Virus record (IMG/VR): IMGVR_UViG_3300038825_001787
Strand: one strand, 5' to 3'
DNA from: an uncultured virus (IMG/VR IMGVR_UViG_3300038825_001787)
Taxonomy: Duplodnaviria; Heunggongvirae; Uroviricota; Caudoviricetes
DNA length: 64,000 bases
Part shown: positions 61,357 through 64,000 of the stretch, piece by piece
How the letters are laid out: every line of letters begins with the position of its first letter
How positions within the stretch are numbered: the first letter of the stretch is position 1
The notes under the pieces: generated by a model
What the model saw: only the letters and a program-made list of their open reading frames with translations
Databases searched by the model: none
Told to the model about the DNA's origin: nothing
Translations under genes and position numbers: made by a program

Positions 61357-62226
61357 ATGAGTAACTTTGAAAGTGAAAATGAAATGGAGGAAAGAATGAC
61401 AAGAAGATCCTGCTCGGATTGCGGATGCAAAATGAGTAGGGTACCTAAGAAAGGAAGGCCAAACAGAATCGGTTTGAGAACAAATGGTGTAAATATGCAC
61501 TATATGTTAAAAACTGCTTTGTGGTTTGAAATAAACCAAGCATACCGAGGATTGTTGTGCCTAACATGTGCACAAATAAGACTTGGTAGAAAGTTTGTTC
61601 CAACCGATTTTAAGCCCGTACCAATTAATTTTGCGAAGGGTGGAGCATTGGCTACACTGTTCCCAGGTGAATTTACAGCCCACATGGTTGCATTCGTTGG
61701 GGAAGAAACCGTAGAAGAGCAAGATGAAGCGAGAAGGCTTGTAGATGCTCACTATAAATCACTTGAATCAAAAAACACGACCCCTTCGAAAGAGGAAGTT
61801 GCTGTTGATTTAACTCCAGAAGAAAATAATTCTGAAACTGAAACTGAAACTAAACCTAAAAGTAAAGGTAAGTCCAAGAAAAAAACTACGACATCGAAGA
61901 AAACCAAGAAAGCAATGGATGACCTCAAGAAAAATAAGAGAGTCTTTACTAATGCCATCTATGGTTGGGATGTCAAAGACAGAAAGTTGTACCCAAACTG
62001 GGATGAACAAAACAATATTGATTGGATGAAAAAACAATTAGGCTTTGGAATACCTGCTGCAGAAATAGCAAAGACACTGAATATAAACGACTGTCGCGGA
62101 AAGCGTGGCGGTAAGTGGAATAGTTCTGGTGTATTGCGTACAGTCAAATACGACATCCATGCAGATAGGGATGAGTCTGAAGCACCAAGGTGGTTCAGAA
62201 AGCGTTCCGGTAACAGAATAAGATAG
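61357..62226 (+). CDS. Zn-finger protein with recombinase-type DNA-binding C-terminus
   Basis: CxxC..CxxC; YGW...IA..LN.....KRGGKW....V. Confidence 0.6.
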   Translation: MSNFESENEMEERMTRRSCSDCGCKMSRVPKKGRPNRIGLRTNGVNMHYMLKTALWFEINQAYRGLLCLTCAQIRLGRKFVPTDFKPVPINFAKGGALATLFPGEFTAHMVAFVGEETVEEQDEARRLVDAHYKSLESKNTTPSKEEVAVDLTPEENNSETETETKPKSKGKSKKKTTTSKKTKKAMDDLKKNKRVFTNAIYGWDVKDRKLYPNWDEQNNIDWMKKQLGFGIPAAEIAKTLNINDCRGKRGGKWNSSGVLRTVKYDIHADRDESEAPRWFRKRSGNRIR

Positions 62227-62244
62227 GCAATACTGCCTTACTAG

Positions 62245-63318
62245 ATGACAAAAAAAACAGACAAGAGGCGCAAGAGATTCAAATCTAGTGCGTCTAAAAA
62301 GAAAACATCAACAAAAACAACAACAAAAAAACCAAAGTCAGATCCGATATGGGATCGACTATGGACTCGAGAGGCAATTTTGGCCCATGCGTGGGTTGTC
62401 GCTGATCATATATTTGACAGCGATGACGCACAATTGATTGATATCGGTATAACTTCTAGTTATACAGAATCAAATGACAACAGAAAGGTCTATCGATTAA
62501 AGAACAAGGAAAAGAAAAATCTATCTTTGGAAAAACATATTACAGTTCCAGCAGGTGGTATATCGCTCGAAAGTGCATTATATACCGGACACTGGAAGGA
62601 CTTTGTGAATATTGTTGTTAAGATGATTACTGGCTATTCCCCCATCACTGATGAGTGGGATAGTAGGTATGATTCTAAGGCACCGGACTTAAGAAGTGTT
62701 GCAACTAAGCGATATTTTAGAGTCAAACGACTTTTGGAAGAATCCATAGAATCAATAATTTACTTGAGATACTATGACGCAAAGAAGGAATTCTCTGCAA
62801 AATTTCCAGAGTTTAAAACCAGATACTTAGATAAAATAAGTTTTGGTGACAAGGTGATAGATAAAACTACACTACCTTACAAAACACTACACAGATGCAG
62901 GAAAAAACAATGCCATGGATTGTGTTTTAAATCGACCCTAAAGAAATTAAAGAACAGGGATGAAGACGGTAGTACCGGAGCACAAGCATACCTCATTGCA
63001 AGGGCACATGAACTTGCCCTGCACAGTAGAATGACAAAAGACATATACAATTATGCACTATACGGCGACAGAACTATATTCCGTAACGAGGATTCTAGAT
63101 TCTGGGATCTTTTTGACAAAGATCATCTTATAGATGCCTCATTTAGTGAAAGCGTAATTGCCACATATGTAATTATTTTTCTAACCAATGACAAAGGTAC
63201 TGTACCACCTGGATATCCAGTTGGTAAGGAAGCAGACCGTATCCGTAAAATGTTTAATAAAATTTTATCGGACGCAAAAGACTCCTACCCTAAATTAAAG
63301 GGTAAGGTGCGTAGGTAA
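62245..63318 (+). CDS. hypothetical protein
   Basis: 357 aa, hairpin+TACTAG-ATG. Confidence 0.7.
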   Translation: MTKKTDKRRKRFKSSASKKKTSTKTTTKKPKSDPIWDRLWTREAILAHAWVVADHIFDSDDAQLIDIGITSSYTESNDNRKVYRLKNKEKKNLSLEKHITVPAGGISLESALYTGHWKDFVNIVVKMITGYSPITDEWDSRYDSKAPDLRSVATKRYFRVKRLLEESIESIIYLRYYDAKKEFSAKFPEFKTRYLDKISFGDKVIDKTTLPYKTLHRCRKKQCHGLCFKSTLKKLKNRDEDGSTGAQAYLIARAHELALHSRMTKDIYNYALYGDRTIFRNEDSRFWDLFDKDHLIDASFSESVIATYVIIFLTNDKGTVPPGYPVGKEADRIRKMFNKILSDAKDSYPKLKGKVRR

Positions 63319-63333
63319 TCTTGATGCTTAACT

Positions 63334-63364
63334 CACCAACCTAGAAATAGGTTGGTGTTTTTTT
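63334..63364 (+). terminator. hairpin followed by T-tract
   Basis: CACCAACCTA-GAAA-TAGGTTGGTG-TTTTTTT. Confidence 0.5.
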
Positions 63365-63374
63365 ATCTTACTAG

Positions 63375-63593
63375 ATGAGAGGAATAAAGACCCGAACCAG
63401 AGCACTTGATGCCTGCGCGAACATACTAAAGCAAACTGCTAGACCTATGTCTTCGTCAGAACTGATTGGTGCTATGATAAGTAAAAACCCTAGAAGTACA
63501 AGATGGGCGCCACAGGCGCAAGCATTGAGTAATTGGCTAAGGGGAGATCAAAGGTTTCAATCCTTTGGTAGAAAGCAGTGGAAACTAAAATAA
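63375..63593 (+). CDS. winged-helix-like small protein
   Basis: IL....RPMSSSEL......L...L..D.RF...G...W.L. Confidence 0.55.
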   Translation: MRGIKTRTRALDACANILKQTARPMSSSELIGAMISKNPRSTRWAPQAQALSNWLRGDQRFQSFGRKQWKLK

Positions 63594-63604
63594 CCACTTA
63601 CTAG

Positions 63605-63736
63605 ATGAAGAAAATATACGGAGACACTTACCTTAGTGTTGAAGAAGAATTCGCCGCTATAAACAAATTAGCAGAAATAAATGCTAAAGAGTTTTTAGTT
63701 GAAATAATACACTTATTTCCAAACAGTGGAAACTAA
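63605..63736 (+). CDS. small ORF between 34-bp direct repeats
   Basis: TACTAG-ATG, 43 aa. Confidence 0.45.
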   Translation: MKKIYGDTYLSVEEEFAAINKLAEINAKEFLVEIIHLFPNSGN

Positions 63737-63752
63737 AATAACCACTTACTAG

Positions 63753-64000
63753 ATGAAAAGGAGATACAGTCCTAACAGGAACAGAAGAAAAGGTACAACA
63801 CTAAAGAAGAGCCGAGAATGGCTCAAGAAAAAAGTGCATTGTAATTATTGTGGTGACGAGATAGAAACACTCGTTGATAAAAAGGCCAAAGGGCCATTTT
63901 ACCATAATGACTTATGTGAGCAGGCTTGGGAATCAGAGCAATCTGGTGGACCCGTGCTTGCTTCTTCTAAAAACTATCACGACATAGAAGATGATACTTT
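63753..64000 (+). CDS. Cys-containing protein, 3'-partial
   Basis: TACTAG-ATG; CNYC; open to the window end. Confidence 0.5.
   Translation, partial: MKRRYSPNRNRRKGTTLKKSREWLKKKVHCNYCGDEIETLVDKKAKGPFYHNDLCEQAWESEQSGGPVLASSKNYHDIEDDT

Noticed and set aside
34393..63752. Junctions as spliceosomal 3' splice sites (pyrimidines + YAG)
   Set aside because: ORFs are uninterrupted, gene organisation is prokaryotic with SD sites, no donor consensus was seen, and terminal stems place the boundary before the G. Kept only as a minor alternative.
34393..63752. Classical integron attC cassette array
   Set aside because: No tyrosine integrase in the window and no RYYYAAC/GTTRRRY boxes; the hairpins are much shorter than attC sites.
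31500..64000. CRISPR array suggested by the recurring motif
   Set aside because: The conserved part is only 5-6 nt, spacing runs from tens to thousands of bases, and no cas operon is present.

Overview
This window looks like part of a large dsDNA virus or virus-like element of archaea. The archaeal assignment is an inference from a short RpoH, a PriS-type primase, PolB, an archaeal-style tRNA-Lys, GAGGTG/GGAG ribosome-binding sites and K-turns; no cellular housekeeping operons are present. It has two differently organised halves. The left half (1-31 kb) holds translationally coupled operons on both strands: a Ras-like small GTPase, membrane/coiled-coil proteins, a SWIB protein, HNH and PD-(D/E)xK nucleases, a pyrimidine-dimer glycosylase, a serine recombinase, a DNA methyltransferase, PolB, RNase H, a fused RNA polymerase largest subunit (A'+A'') and RpoH. 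The right half (31.5-64 kb) is all on the + strand. Most of its genes and non-coding units are separated by a variable hairpin followed by (T)ACTA|G, and I count 21 cases of ACTAG directly followed by ATG. It also contains a family of structured non-coding units with 5' K-turns and tRNA-like G...C-ACYA termini, a tRNA-Lys, and, near its start, an RNA that folds like a circularly permuted RNase P catalytic domain. The best candidate for a new system is a viral processing or punctuation scheme, possibly ribozyme-driven, that yields near-leaderless mRNAs and ncRNAs. All protein and RNA calls come from motifs recognised by eye; no database searches were run.
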